64,000 bases of DNA from Candidatus Latescibacterota bacterium (GTDB lineage Bacteria; Latescibacterota; UBA2968). The notes below the pieces were generated by a model. The model saw only the letters and a program-made list of their open reading frames with translations. It ran no database searches and had not been told where the DNA came from. Location of the stretch: assembly GCA_965208125.1 (NCBI GenBank), contig OZ242320.1, forward strand, positions 1,408,001-1,472,000, read 5' to 3'. Position numbers and translations under genes: made by a program. This document shows, one piece after another, positions 48,739 through 58,524 of this stretch (positions are counted from its first letter, which is position 1; every line of letters starts with the position of its first letter).

Positions 48739-49746
48739 CTAAAATTTCCCTGTTCTCGACTCGTATTTTGTCGGTTTGCCCAGCGTGCGACCATCGCTCA
48801 TAACCCAGTGTGCAACCCACGAGACAATTTCTTCAACAGAAACCCGCGGTGACCCCATCTCCTCAAACAGCACCCCTGCATCGCCCAACAGCGCAGTCTC
48901 GCTCTCTTCGCCTTCAAACACGGGATCAATACCAAAACACTCGCCCAGTTGCAGAGCCAAATTGCGCACCGACAACACATCCCTACCCGTCATATTCACC
49001 ACCCGTGCGGGACATGCACAAAGCGGAAACATCCGCGCCAAATACGCATTCGCATCGCCCTGCCATATCTGATTGACATGACCCATAGACAGATCAATAG
49101 GTGTCTCGGATTTAATCTTCTCGGCAATATCCAAAATGATGCCATAGCGCAACTCAGTCGCGTAAAACAAACGCACAATTGCCAGAGGCGTTTGATTCTC
49201 TTTGCAATAAAACTCGGCAAGCCGTTCACCGCCCAGCCGGGACATGGCGTATTCGCCAATTGGATCGACAGCAGCATCCTCCTGAGCACCCGAATCCGTC
49301 ACCGAAGCAAATTCGTAAACATTGCCAGAAGACACATAAACAACGCGCGAATCTGGAAACTGTTGCATAACCTTTGCGGGCAATACCGCATTCATCGCCC
49401 AGGTCAAAGGCTCATTGCCCGTTGCCCCAAACTTATGTCCGGCCATCAAATAGAGATACGGCACGCGAGGCAACTGCGCCAGTCCCTCATAGTCCAGCAA
49501 ATCGCACTTGATCGTCGAAATACCCCGCGCCTCCAGATCATCGCGATCCAGCGGATTGGAAAACCGCGACACGCCAATCACCTCATCCGCGCCAGCACGC
49601 AGCAGCAACTCTGATAGCGTCGGTCCCATCTTTCCCGCGATACCCAAAATCATCACGGGACCATCTAACTTTGACACAGCCTCGACCACCTCGGACGATG
49701 GGGTCGTCATCTGATCGATCAATTCTTCTTCTGTTTTAATCACCAT
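48739..49746 (-). CDS. NAD-dependent epimerase/dehydratase
   Basis: ILGIAGKMG, AGHKFG, SSGNVY, GEYAMSRLG.ER. Confidence 0.9.
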   Translation of the reverse strand: MVIKTEEELIDQMTTPSSEVVEAVSKLDGPVMILGIAGKMGPTLSELLLRAGADEVIGVSRFSNPLDRDDLEARGISTIKCDLLDYEGLAQLPRVPYLYLMAGHKFGATGNEPLTWAMNAVLPAKVMQQFPDSRVVYVSSGNVYEFASVTDSGAQEDAAVDPIGEYAMSRLGGERLAEFYCKENQTPLAIVRLFYATELRYGIILDIAEKIKSETPIDLSMGHVNQIWQGDANAYLARMFPLCACPARVVNMTGRDVLSVRNLALQLGECFGIDPVFEGEESETALLGDAGVLFEEMGSPRVSVEEIVSWVAHWVMSDGRTLGKPTKYESRTGKF

Positions 49747-49839
49747 AGTCGTTCTCTCCGTTCTATTCTCTTGACTTCTATGCCATCAAATAATAGGTTT
49801 GGGGCACAATCACAACGAACCTCAAGGCACAATAAATTT

Positions 49840-51615
49840 ATGGCCTTTATCAAACAAATCTACGACCTGCTCGAAGGTCGCCGTCTCTTTATGGCATGCT
49901 GCATCGCCTGTGGACTTATCTTTGCAGCAGCCAATCTGATTCCACCACTGCTCATTCGCAAACTCATCCAGTGGCTCACCGAAGCAAAACCCGCAGGAGA
50001 CCTCATAGAAGTCAGCCTCTTACTCCTTGGAATTTACCTGCTTCGCGGTATCTCCCGCTACGGTTATGGCTTCTTTTCCCACGTCACCGCCTATCGCGTG
50101 ATGCACGCACTTATGACGCGCGTGTACAAGCACCTGCAAAACCTGTCCCATAGCTTTTTCAATCGCCAGCGCACCGGCAATCTCATGGCCCGCTCCATCA
50201 ACGACATCGAAGCCATCGAAGACTTTATTGCACACGGCATTCCCGAAACCGCGCTCGCCACGGTTATCCCCATATCCATGGTCGCCGTACTCTTTTACCT
50301 CAACCCAGAACTCGCCCTCATCGCCATATTGCCCATTCCGCCCACGGCATTTCTCGTATATCGCTATGTATCCAAAGTGCGCGCCATGTGGCATGCAGTG
50401 CGCGAGCGGCTCTCCGAACTCGCCGCCCTCGTACAGGATAACATGTCGGGCATTGCCGTCATCAAATCATTTGCTCGCGAGCGGGAATGCGCCCACCAGG
50501 TAACACACCGCAGCGCCACCTTTCACGACCGCTTGATCAAAGCCAACACAGTCTCGCTCCTGCCCGCCGGCATCATCGAAGCCACAGGAGGACTGGGCAT
50601 TGTACTCGTCATCTGGAGCGGTGGCAACATGGCCCTCAGCGACAGCATCTCGGTAGCTGACCTATTTGTCTTTATCGTCTATATGGGCCACATCTACCAG
50701 CCTTTTTTGCAACTGGCATCTTTTAACGATGTATTGCAAAAAGCCGCCGCCAGCACAGACCGCGTTTTTCAACTCCTCGCCATCCGTCCGGAAATTACCG
50801 ACGCGCCCGGTGTAACTGCGCCCAAAACCATCACCTATGATATCGACATCGACGCACTCACCTTCGGCTATGATCCCAACACACCCGTCTTGCACGACAT
50901 CGACCTGTACATTGATGAAGGAGATATTCTCGCACTCGTCGGACCCACGGGAGCCGGCAAATCAACCCTTGCCAATCTCTTGCCCAGATTTTATGACCCC
51001 CAACAGGGCGCGATTCGCATTGGTGGATATGACCTGCGCGACCTGCCCCTCTCTTTTGTGCGCCAAAACATCGCCTCAGTCCTTCAAGACGTCTTCTTAT
51101 TTCACGGCACAGTATATGAAAATCTGATCTTCGGTCATCCAGATTCGACCGAACGCATGGTGCGAAAAGCCGCACAAGCAGCCAATGCCCATGCTTTTAT
51201 CCGCGACCTGCCCAAAGGATATGACACCGTCATTGGAGAACGCGGCGTGCGCCTATCCGGCGGTGAAAAACAACGCCTCTCCATAGCTCGAGCACTGCTT
51301 AAGGACGCCCCCATCCTCATCCTTGACGAAGCCACATCCTCTGTTGACGTTGAAACCGAAGCACTTATTCAAGAAGCCCTTTATCGCCTCACGCAAAACC
51401 GCACCACCCTCGTCATTGCCCACCGCCTCTCCACCGTGCGCCGGTCGCCTGCCATTGCTGTACTCGACAAAGGGCGCGTAGTCGAAACGGGCAATCACCG
51501 TTCCCTCATCGACCGCGATGGCCTCTATGCGCGCATGGTTCGGGCGCAAGACCTCACGCGCAATGGAGAAATACTATCGCGAGTTGCAACCCGCGAGTCG
51601 CAGGTCGCGGATTGA
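49840..51615 (+). CDS. ABC exporter, fused permease and ATPase (MsbA/Sav1866-like)
   Basis: TM domain plus GPTGAGKST, LSGGEKQR, LDEATS, IAHRLST. Confidence 0.95.
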   Translation: MAFIKQIYDLLEGRRLFMACCIACGLIFAAANLIPPLLIRKLIQWLTEAKPAGDLIEVSLLLLGIYLLRGISRYGYGFFSHVTAYRVMHALMTRVYKHLQNLSHSFFNRQRTGNLMARSINDIEAIEDFIAHGIPETALATVIPISMVAVLFYLNPELALIAILPIPPTAFLVYRYVSKVRAMWHAVRERLSELAALVQDNMSGIAVIKSFARERECAHQVTHRSATFHDRLIKANTVSLLPAGIIEATGGLGIVLVIWSGGNMALSDSISVADLFVFIVYMGHIYQPFLQLASFNDVLQKAAASTDRVFQLLAIRPEITDAPGVTAPKTITYDIDIDALTFGYDPNTPVLHDIDLYIDEGDILALVGPTGAGKSTLANLLPRFYDPQQGAIRIGGYDLRDLPLSFVRQNIASVLQDVFLFHGTVYENLIFGHPDSTERMVRKAAQAANAHAFIRDLPKGYDTVIGERGVRLSGGEKQRLSIARALLKDAPILILDEATSSVDVETEALIQEALYRLTQNRTTLVIAHRLSTVRRSPAIAVLDKGRVVETGNHRSLIDRDGLYARMVRAQDLTRNGEILSRVATRESQVAD

Positions 51616-51628
51616 CGCGACCTCCCGC

Positions 51629-53137
51629 CTATTGAATTTTCGCCCAATCGGGCATCACCCCGAGTTCAATACCCAGCACAACGCGACCAACAACAGCAAT
51701 CGCAGCAGTAATCATCACAGCCCCAACCAAATTCAACCCCACGCCCACACGCGCCATATCGCGCATAGAAATTCTATCCGTACCAAATACAATCGCATTG
51801 GGTGGCGTGGCTACCGGCAACATAAACGCACAAGAACACGACAACGTAGCTGGAATCATCAGCAACAATGGATTGAGACCCACAGCCACAGACAACGCCG
51901 CCAAAACCGGAAGAAACATCTCCGCCGTTGCCGTATTGGAAGTCAACTCAGTCAAAAAAGTCATCATCACACACAAACCACCGACCAAAAATAGAGGATG
52001 CAAGCGCCCCATATCCTCCAACTGCTGCGCGCACCAGAGCGACAACCCCGACTCTTTAAAACCACTTGCCAGAGCAAATCCACCGCCAATCAGCAACACA
52101 ATATGCCAGGGTACGTTGCCAGCCGTTTGCCAATCCATCACCCTGGACCTCGCGCCATCTCGCGCGGGCACGACAAACAAAATCAGAGCCATTGCCATAG
52201 CAACCGACCCATCGGTTATCAATCCGCCAGATTCGAAAAACTGAGACCAGCCCGGCAGCGTCCAATCGCCAATTTGAATGGGGCGTCTCGACAACCACAA
52301 CAGCGCCAACAACACAAAATCGGCCAGCACGACCTTCTCGGCAAACGACATCGGCCCCAACTCGGTATATTGCGTTCGCACCACACTCAGATCAATATCA
52401 TCGCCGCGACCGCGAATGCCAAAAACGAGGCAAAGCGCACCCCACGCACAAACGAGCATCACGCATGCCAGAGGCAGAGCAAAAGCAAACCACGTCGCAA
52501 ACGAAATCTCGGGAACCTCTGAAAAATGAATGGATAAAATCCTCACAAAAGACAAATTGGTCGGCGTGCCCACAAGCGTTGCGCTCCCACCAATTGAAGC
52601 CGCATAAGCCACCCCCAGAAACACCGCCGTGCCAAAAGAACTATTGGCCACACCCTGCTCTTCCATTCTAACCACAATTGCAAGTGCAATCGGCACCATC
52701 ATCATCGTTGTCGCCGTATTGGAAATCCACATGGACAAAAACGCCGTCACCAGCATAAATCCCGTCAGAATACACCGGGGACACCCCCCAAAAAGAAGCA
52801 GCAAGCGAAGGGCAATTCGCCGGTGTAAATTCCAGCGCTGCATGCCCAATGCCACCATAAAACCACCGACAAACAAAAAGATAATGTGATTCAAATAAAG
52901 TGGCGCAACCTCTTGCCCGCTCATAATACCCAGCAGGGGAAACAACACCACGGGCAACAGTGCCGTCGCAGCCAAAGGCACGGCCTCTGTCATCCACCAA
53001 ATCGCCATCCAGCAGGCCACACCTGCCGTATGTGTCACCTCGGGATGTCCCGGCTTGAGATCTCCAAAGACTGTGACTCCCACCCCAATCACAGGACCGA
53101 GCCACAGCCCCCAGCGTTCTATTTTTTTATTTAGCAT
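51629..53137 (-). CDS. SLC13/DASS sodium-coupled anion symporter
   Basis: WW.TEAVP, SMWISNTATT, GTPTN, TELTSNTAT, AFMLPVATPPNA. Confidence 0.95.
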   Translation of the reverse strand: MLNKKIERWGLWLGPVIGVGVTVFGDLKPGHPEVTHTAGVACWMAIWWMTEAVPLAATALLPVVLFPLLGIMSGQEVAPLYLNHIIFLFVGGFMVALGMQRWNLHRRIALRLLLLFGGCPRCILTGFMLVTAFLSMWISNTATTMMMVPIALAIVVRMEEQGVANSSFGTAVFLGVAYAASIGGSATLVGTPTNLSFVRILSIHFSEVPEISFATWFAFALPLACVMLVCAWGALCLVFGIRGRGDDIDLSVVRTQYTELGPMSFAEKVVLADFVLLALLWLSRRPIQIGDWTLPGWSQFFESGGLITDGSVAMAMALILFVVPARDGARSRVMDWQTAGNVPWHIVLLIGGGFALASGFKESGLSLWCAQQLEDMGRLHPLFLVGGLCVMMTFLTELTSNTATAEMFLPVLAALSVAVGLNPLLLMIPATLSCSCAFMLPVATPPNAIVFGTDRISMRDMARVGVGLNLVGAVMITAAIAVVGRVVLGIELGVMPDWAKIQ

Positions 53138-53235
53138 ATCTTCTCCATGATTACATCTTTGTAGAGATTCAACAATATACACCATAACACAAAAAGACAA
53201 AACTCGTTTGAGCCAACAAAAAATCACGCCTTTCG

Positions 53236-53341
53236 GGAACCTTTCCAGCCTTTAAAAGTAAAAGAATATGCGACAAAGCGTGTCGCAAAAATATCGGCGT
53301 TGACTCCTATACCCCGGCTGAGTCAACGCCGTTACTTGTTT
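53236..53341 (+). ncRNA. Candidate sRNA unit 1 (ECF-like promoter plus two hairpins)
   Basis: GGAAC-N16-AGTAAA; hairpins 53269-53287 and 53295-53331 (12-bp perfect stem, loop CUAUACCCCGGCU); U-rich tail. Confidence 0.45.
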
Positions 53342-53344
53342 CTT

Positions 53345-53436
53345 GGAACTCTTTACCGTACAAATGCGTCTAATTCGGTACCATGCAACATCCCTTGAGG
53401 CGTTGGTTATACCCTCCCAACCAGCGCCTCTTTTTT
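53345..53436 (+). ncRNA. Candidate sRNA unit 2 (ECF promoter plus hairpin with AUACCCUCCC loop)
   Basis: GGAAC-N17-CGTCTAA; 12-bp stem 53397-53430; U6. Confidence 0.6.
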
Positions 53437-53446
53437 ATTTATAAAC

Positions 53447-53538
53447 AAAAAAAGCCTTTGAGGGCTCCCTCCCGACACCCTCAAAGGTTTGTAATTCTGC
53501 TACCGAAGCAAAATAAATTCCCAAAATAACCCTGTCAA
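53447..53538 (-). ncRNA. Candidate sRNA unit 3 (sigma70 promoter plus hairpin with UGUCGGGAGGGAG loop)
   Basis: TTGACA-N17-TATTTT (53538-53510); stem 53455-53487; U7. Confidence 0.6.
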
Positions 53539-53539
53539 C

Positions 53540-53651
53540 AAAAAAAGCGGGCTGCCAACAGCGCTCTATTTATCGGGAGGGAGGAAATAAACAGAATTGC
53601 TGGGGCAACCCGCTGTGCATAAAACATACCCAACTTCAAAAACAACGTCAA
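53540..53651 (-). ncRNA. Candidate sRNA unit 4 (sigma70 promoter plus long hairpin with UUCCUCCCUCCCG loop)
   Basis: TTGACG-N17-TATGTT (53651-53623); rod hairpin 53546-53614; U7. Confidence 0.62.
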
Positions 53652-53816
53652 GAGTATAGACGAAAATTATTACTTAAGCAGCGTTTGAATATCAAAAACC
53701 GTTGTCCGCTGCTAAAAAAGGTACGCGCCGATCTGCCCCGTCTTTTCCGTTGCTTTTCTCGCGTAAACGAATAATTTATCACATCGTCCCTGAAACCTAT
53801 TGCGAAAGGTCCTCTT

Positions 53817-54044
53817 ATGTTTTTCCTGGCAAACCTCCTCACAATTTACGGCTACATCATCATTGCGCGAGCACTCATCTCATGGATAAATCCCAATCCA
53901 TACAATCCACTCATCAGAATAATATGCGCCATCACAGACCCGGTACTCGTACCCCTTCGCCGTCTGTTGCCCGACCTGGGTGGGCTGGACATCTCGCCCT
54001 TTGTCGCCCTCGTCATTATCTGGTTTATCATATCCCTGATTTAG
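53817..54044 (+). CDS. yggT: YggT family membrane protein
   Basis: RALISWINPNPYNP...ITDPVL.PLRR.LP..GGLDISP. Confidence 0.93.
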   Translation: MFFLANLLTIYGYIIIARALISWINPNPYNPLIRIICAITDPVLVPLRRLLPDLGGLDISPFVALVIIWFIISLI

Positions 54045-54072
54045 TCTCTCTCTCACAGAAATCGAGGCAGGG

Positions 54073-55308
54073 ATGCCTCTCCTACCTACAAAAGGGCATA
54101 ATTTGAGCGCAGAACCACATCCACCCACCTCTCGCATCCTCATTCCCATCTTGCTAACCGGCCTGTCTGGCTTGCCCCCCTTATCCATTGACATGTTTTT
54201 GCCCTCAATGCCGGCAATGGTTGAGGAGTTCCAAACCCATCCCACCCACATACAGCCCGCCGTCACCTTCTTCTTAATAGCACTGGGCGCAGCACAACTC
54301 GTCTTTGGTCCCCTCTCTGACCGATTTGGTCGCCGCCCCATCTTGCTCATCGGCCTGGCCTGTTACGCCCTCGCGGGTCTGGGCTGCCTGTTTGCACCCA
54401 CAGTGGGCGCACTCATTTTGGCTCGTGTATTGCAGGGATTTGCCGGAGGCAGCGGCCCTTCTGTAAGCCGCGCTGTAGTACGCGACATATACGGCGAAAT
54501 CCACGCCGCCAGAATAATGTCCTACATGGCCACAGCCATTGCCCTCGCCCCCATACTCGCCCCCATAATAGGTGGATTCTTACAAACCTATTTTGGATGG
54601 CAAGCCGTCTTTGTCGTACTCAGTGCGCTGGGCACCATGTTCTTCTTCGGCTACCTCTGGGCAGTGTCTGAAACCAATAACATGATGGACCCCACAGCCC
54701 TGAATCCAACGCGCATGATAGCCAATTACCGCGATCTCCTGAGCAGCCGTCAGTACCTCGGATATACCTTTATGGTCGCCATCTTATTCTGGGGCATGTT
54801 TGCCTTTATCACAAACTCATCTTTTGTACTCATCACAGAACTGAGTGTCTCTCCCCAACTCTACGGCTTCTGTTTTGGATCGGTCGCCGTGGGACTCATG
54901 ATTGGCGCATTTTTATCTGGCCGTCTCAACAATCGCCTCGGCAGCGCACGCATCATTCAAATCGGTAGCCTGATCGCAGCGGGCGCGGGCCTGCTCTTGC
55001 TGGGACTCAAACTCGCGGGCGTATTTTCGGTCATCAGCATCATCGCCCCAATGTGTTTATTCACAATAGGCGGCGGTATGGTGCGCCCCCAGGCAATGGC
55101 TGGCGCAATCGTGCCCTATCCGGAAAAAGCCGGACTTGCCTCCGCCCTCATGGGATTTATACAAATGAGCACAGCGGGATTATTTGTCACCCTCTTCAGT
55201 CAGTTCTACAGCGCCTCATCCATCTCCATGGTCACAGCCATTGCCATCTCAGGCGTCATTGCCCTGCTCGTGCGCCGCACGCTATTGCCTTATGGAGCCA
55301 CACCATGA
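54073..55308 (+). CDS. Bcr/CflA family MFS efflux transporter
   Basis: SIDMFLPSMP, GPLSDRFGRRP, ARVLQG, RAVVRD, APIIGG. Start uncertain (possibly TTG 54103). Confidence 0.92.
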   Translation: MPLLPTKGHNLSAEPHPPTSRILIPILLTGLSGLPPLSIDMFLPSMPAMVEEFQTHPTHIQPAVTFFLIALGAAQLVFGPLSDRFGRRPILLIGLACYALAGLGCLFAPTVGALILARVLQGFAGGSGPSVSRAVVRDIYGEIHAARIMSYMATAIALAPILAPIIGGFLQTYFGWQAVFVVLSALGTMFFFGYLWAVSETNNMMDPTALNPTRMIANYRDLLSSRQYLGYTFMVAILFWGMFAFITNSSFVLITELSVSPQLYGFCFGSVAVGLMIGAFLSGRLNNRLGSARIIQIGSLIAAGAGLLLLGLKLAGVFSVISIIAPMCLFTIGGGMVRPQAMAGAIVPYPEKAGLASALMGFIQMSTAGLFVTLFSQFYSASSISMVTAIAISGVIALLVRRTLLPYGATP

Positions 55309-56243
55309 TCCTCGCCATTGACATCGGCGGTTCCCAATTTGGTCTTGCCCTTGCCACGCCCGACGGCCGCGTCATCAAACACATCCAGCACCAAACAGAT
55401 CGCGCAGACCACGCAGACAAAAGAATTGACCGCATACTCGCCGCAAGCAAAACACTGATCTCACAATCATCCGTATTGGCCTGTGGCATAGGATTTGGTG
55501 GTCCCGTCAACTTCGACACACAGCGCATCGTCAACTCCACCCACGTCTCAGGATGGGACGATTGCCCACTGCCAGAAATTGTCGAACAACACCTCGGCGT
55601 ACCCGCAATAATCGACAACGATGCCAACGTGGGCGCACTGGGAGAATTTACTTTTGGTGCGGGCAAAAACAGTCGCCACATCATCTACTACACCGTCAGC
55701 ACCGGCATTGGCGCGGGCATCATCATCAACGGCGAAATCTACCGCGGTGGCAACGGATATGCCGGCGAACTCGGACATGTGCCCATCTTGCGCGACGGAC
55801 CCCAATGCGATTGCGGCAATCGCGGCTGCCTCGAAGCCCTCTGCTCGGGCACTGCCATTGGCAAGCGCGCAACAGCAGCAGTGCAAAAACACCCGCGCAA
55901 AGGCATCGCAATCACACGAGTCGCAAACAACAACCCCATCACAGCCAAAATCCTATTCGACACCGCGCGTTCTGGAGACCCTTATGCCAGAGCGCTCGTC
56001 GATGAAATCTGCACCGACCTCGGGCAGGGTCTGGCAATAGCCGTAAACGCATTTGCCCCCGATATTATCGTCATCGGAGGCGGCGTCTCAAACGCAGGGC
56101 GCATCCTATTTGAACCGCTGCGAAGAGAAACCCGTCAATTCCTCATGCCGGTTCACCGTCCACACCTCAAAATCGCCCCAGCCAAACTCAAAAACCGCTC
56201 CGTACTTCTCGGCGCAGTCGCGCTGGCGAAACAACTGAGTTGA
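55305..56243 (+). CDS. ROK family sugar kinase
   Basis: AIDIGGS, NDAN..ALGE..FGAG, STGIG.G, GELGH, C.CG..GCLE; no HTH. Confidence 0.93.
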   Translation: MILAIDIGGSQFGLALATPDGRVIKHIQHQTDRADHADKRIDRILAASKTLISQSSVLACGIGFGGPVNFDTQRIVNSTHVSGWDDCPLPEIVEQHLGVPAIIDNDANVGALGEFTFGAGKNSRHIIYYTVSTGIGAGIIINGEIYRGGNGYAGELGHVPILRDGPQCDCGNRGCLEALCSGTAIGKRATAAVQKHPRKGIAITRVANNNPITAKILFDTARSGDPYARALVDEICTDLGQGLAIAVNAFAPDIIVIGGGVSNAGRILFEPLRRETRQFLMPVHRPHLKIAPAKLKNRSVLLGAVALAKQLS

Positions 56244-56271
56244 AATCAGGACAAAATGACCATAAGTGGTC

Positions 56272-56375
56272 GTCACGCCTGCATGCCTTAAGCAGGCGTC
56301 CAGTCGATTACTGGCGTTTGCTACGCGTGACGGATAAAACCTTCTGGATTGCGGCTAAAACCATGCCGCAATGAC
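56272..56375. repeat. Inverted pair of family C REP-like repeats
   Basis: GTCACGCCTGC...GCAGGCGTCCAG (56272-56303) and CTGGATTGCGGC...GCCGCAATGAC (56344-56375). Confidence 0.75.
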
Positions 56376-56517
56376 AAGCGCAAGATCAATATACATAGCC
56401 TTTTTTTACGATACAACACTGACTACTTTTTTATCTTGAATTTTGGATATTTTTGAAGTTCATTACGGACGATAACCTGCTGCCCCAGTGATACAACACA
56501 CCCAAAGGAGACTTCCA

Positions 56518-57213
56518 ATGCCAACCTTCACCGAAACCATCCCCGTTAACGGCCAAAACATGGGCCTTTATCTCTCCCTTCCCGATGGCGACGGTCCCTT
56601 TCCCGGTGTCGTCGTCGGCATGCATGCCGGTGGCACCGATGCCTTCATTCACGCCATGTGCGACCGTCTCTCAGAAGCTGGCTATGTCGCCGCAGCACCC
56701 GACCTCTACCACCGTCTGGGCATCAATGACACGCGAAGTCCAGGCATCCTCAAAGACCTGGAAATGATCGCCGACGTCGAAGCCACCGTGGCCTTCCTGA
56801 ACGATCACCCCAGGGTCGATAACAACGCCCTCGGCATCACTGGCTTTTGCATGGGTGGCCGCGTAGCCTATCTTATGGCCGCCGCCGTCCCCGGCTTCAA
56901 AGCCGCTGTTGCCTATTACGGTGGCAACACAATGACCGCTCTGGGTGAAAACATCCCATCTCCTTTCGAGCGAACCGCCGACATTGCCTGTCCGCTCCTG
57001 TTCCATTTTGGCGAAGCAGACCAGAACCCATCCCCCGAAGACATGAAAACCCTCGACGCCGAACTCACCCGCCACAACAAAGAACACGAATTCTTCGCTT
57101 ACCCCAACGCTGGTCACGCCTTCATGGACGCCACCGGCTCTCGTTACAACGAAGCAGGCGACCGCACATCCTGGCCCAGAACCATTGAATTTTTCGACCG
57201 GCACTTGAAGTAA
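56518..57213 (+). CDS. Dienelactone hydrolase family protein
   Basis: GFCMGG, APDLY, GEADQ, YPNAGHAF. Confidence 0.93.
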   Translation: MPTFTETIPVNGQNMGLYLSLPDGDGPFPGVVVGMHAGGTDAFIHAMCDRLSEAGYVAAAPDLYHRLGINDTRSPGILKDLEMIADVEATVAFLNDHPRVDNNALGITGFCMGGRVAYLMAAAVPGFKAAVAYYGGNTMTALGENIPSPFERTADIACPLLFHFGEADQNPSPEDMKTLDAELTRHNKEHEFFAYPNAGHAFMDATGSRYNEAGDRTSWPRTIEFFDRHLK

Positions 57214-57226
57214 GAGGAAAACCCTC

Positions 57227-58468
57227 ATGCCCTACGACCTCCTCTTAAAAAACGCCACCGTCATTGATCCTTCCCAAAACCTCAATGCCATCCGCGATGT
57301 CGCCATCCAAAACGCCGCGATTGCCGCCCTCTCTGAATCCATCACCGATTCCGCCAGAGAAACCCTGGACCTTACTGGCAAAATTCTCACCCCTGGCTGG
57401 ATCGATATCCATGCCCATGTCTTTGCCGGCGCGACCACATGGGGCATTCAAGCCGATGCCCTTTGTCTCGCCACCGGCGTCACCACCATCGTTGACGCCG
57501 GCAGCCCCGGCTGGGCCAATTTCCTCGCCTTCCGCGACTTCATCGCCACCCCTGCCCGCACCCAGATTCTCACCTTTGTCCACATCAGCGGCATCGGTCT
57601 TACCTACGGCCCCATCGGGGAAATGACCGACATCAAATATGCCGATCCCGAACGCACCGCCTACGTCGTCCACACCTGGCCTGAAACCTGCGTAGGCGTC
57701 AAAGTACGCATCAGCAAAACCATCACCGGAGAAAACGGTGTCGTCCCCTTACAATTGGCCGTTCAAGCCGCTGACATGTCCCACACACCCGTCATGGTCC
57801 ACATGGGTGCTGGCGTCGCCCTCTCCGACATCCTGGCCGAACTGCGCCCGGGCGACATCGTCACCCACTGCTATCGCGGAGACGGAGACGCCACCATTGG
57901 CGACACCATTTTAAACCGCCAGCACAACATCCGTCCCGAAGTCCACCATGCCCGCCAGCAGGGAATTCTCTTCGACGTCGGCCATGGCGGCGGCAGTTTC
58001 CTTTTTGAAACCGCCAAAAAAGCCCTCGCCCAGGACTTTCTCCCCGACGTCATCAGCACCGACATCCACTCCGGTTCAATCAACGATCCCGTTTACAGCC
58101 TCCCAGAAACTGCCTCCAAACTGCTCAATCTGGGTATCGAACTCCCCGACATCGTCCGCCAAACCACCACCGCAGCGGCAGCCGCCATTGGCAGAAGCGA
58201 CCATTTGGGCACCCTCAAAATCGGCACCGTCGCAGACCTATCGGCCTTTGAAATCCGCGAAGGCGAATTCCAATTCCACGACGTCAGAGACAATTTGGAA
58301 ATCGGCCGCAAAAACATCCATCCCGTACTCACCATCCGGGCTGGCAAAGTCTATCGTCCCGAAACCCTTCGGGAAGAACGCGACGAAACCCTCGCCCGCG
58401 CCCGTGAAATTCGCGCTCTGACCTCCCGGCGGTTCGGCGATCTGGGATGGACACCACCCGGCGCATAA
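57227..58468 (+). CDS. Amidohydrolase/deacetylase family metallohydrolase (dihydroorotase-like)
   Basis: PGWIDIHAH, GVTTIVDAGS, GVKVR, MVH, THC, DVGHG.GSF, ISTDIH. Confidence 0.9.
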   Translation: MPYDLLLKNATVIDPSQNLNAIRDVAIQNAAIAALSESITDSARETLDLTGKILTPGWIDIHAHVFAGATTWGIQADALCLATGVTTIVDAGSPGWANFLAFRDFIATPARTQILTFVHISGIGLTYGPIGEMTDIKYADPERTAYVVHTWPETCVGVKVRISKTITGENGVVPLQLAVQAADMSHTPVMVHMGAGVALSDILAELRPGDIVTHCYRGDGDATIGDTILNRQHNIRPEVHHARQQGILFDVGHGGGSFLFETAKKALAQDFLPDVISTDIHSGSINDPVYSLPETASKLLNLGIELPDIVRQTTTAAAAAIGRSDHLGTLKIGTVADLSAFEIREGEFQFHDVRDNLEIGRKNIHPVLTIRAGKVYRPETLREERDETLARAREIRALTSRRFGDLGWTPPGA

Positions 58469-58497
58469 AAAAAGGCGATCACAGTACGTGACCGCCT
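58467..58497 (-). terminator. Intrinsic terminator between convergent genes
   Basis: Minus strand AGGCGGTCAC-N5-GTGATCGCC followed by a U-tract. Confidence 0.7.
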
Positions 58498-58524
58498 CTC
58501 GATTTTCTCTTAAAAACTCACCAC

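Noticed and set aside
53236-53651. Hairpin cluster considered as CRISPR, tRNA or a type I TA locus
   Set aside because: The stems differ in sequence, there is no cloverleaf, and no small hydrophobic ORF with an RBS was found in the array.
53648-54106. ORFs 53648-53842 (-) and 53702-54106 (+)
   Set aside because: No motifs or RBS; they overlap the clear yggT gene.
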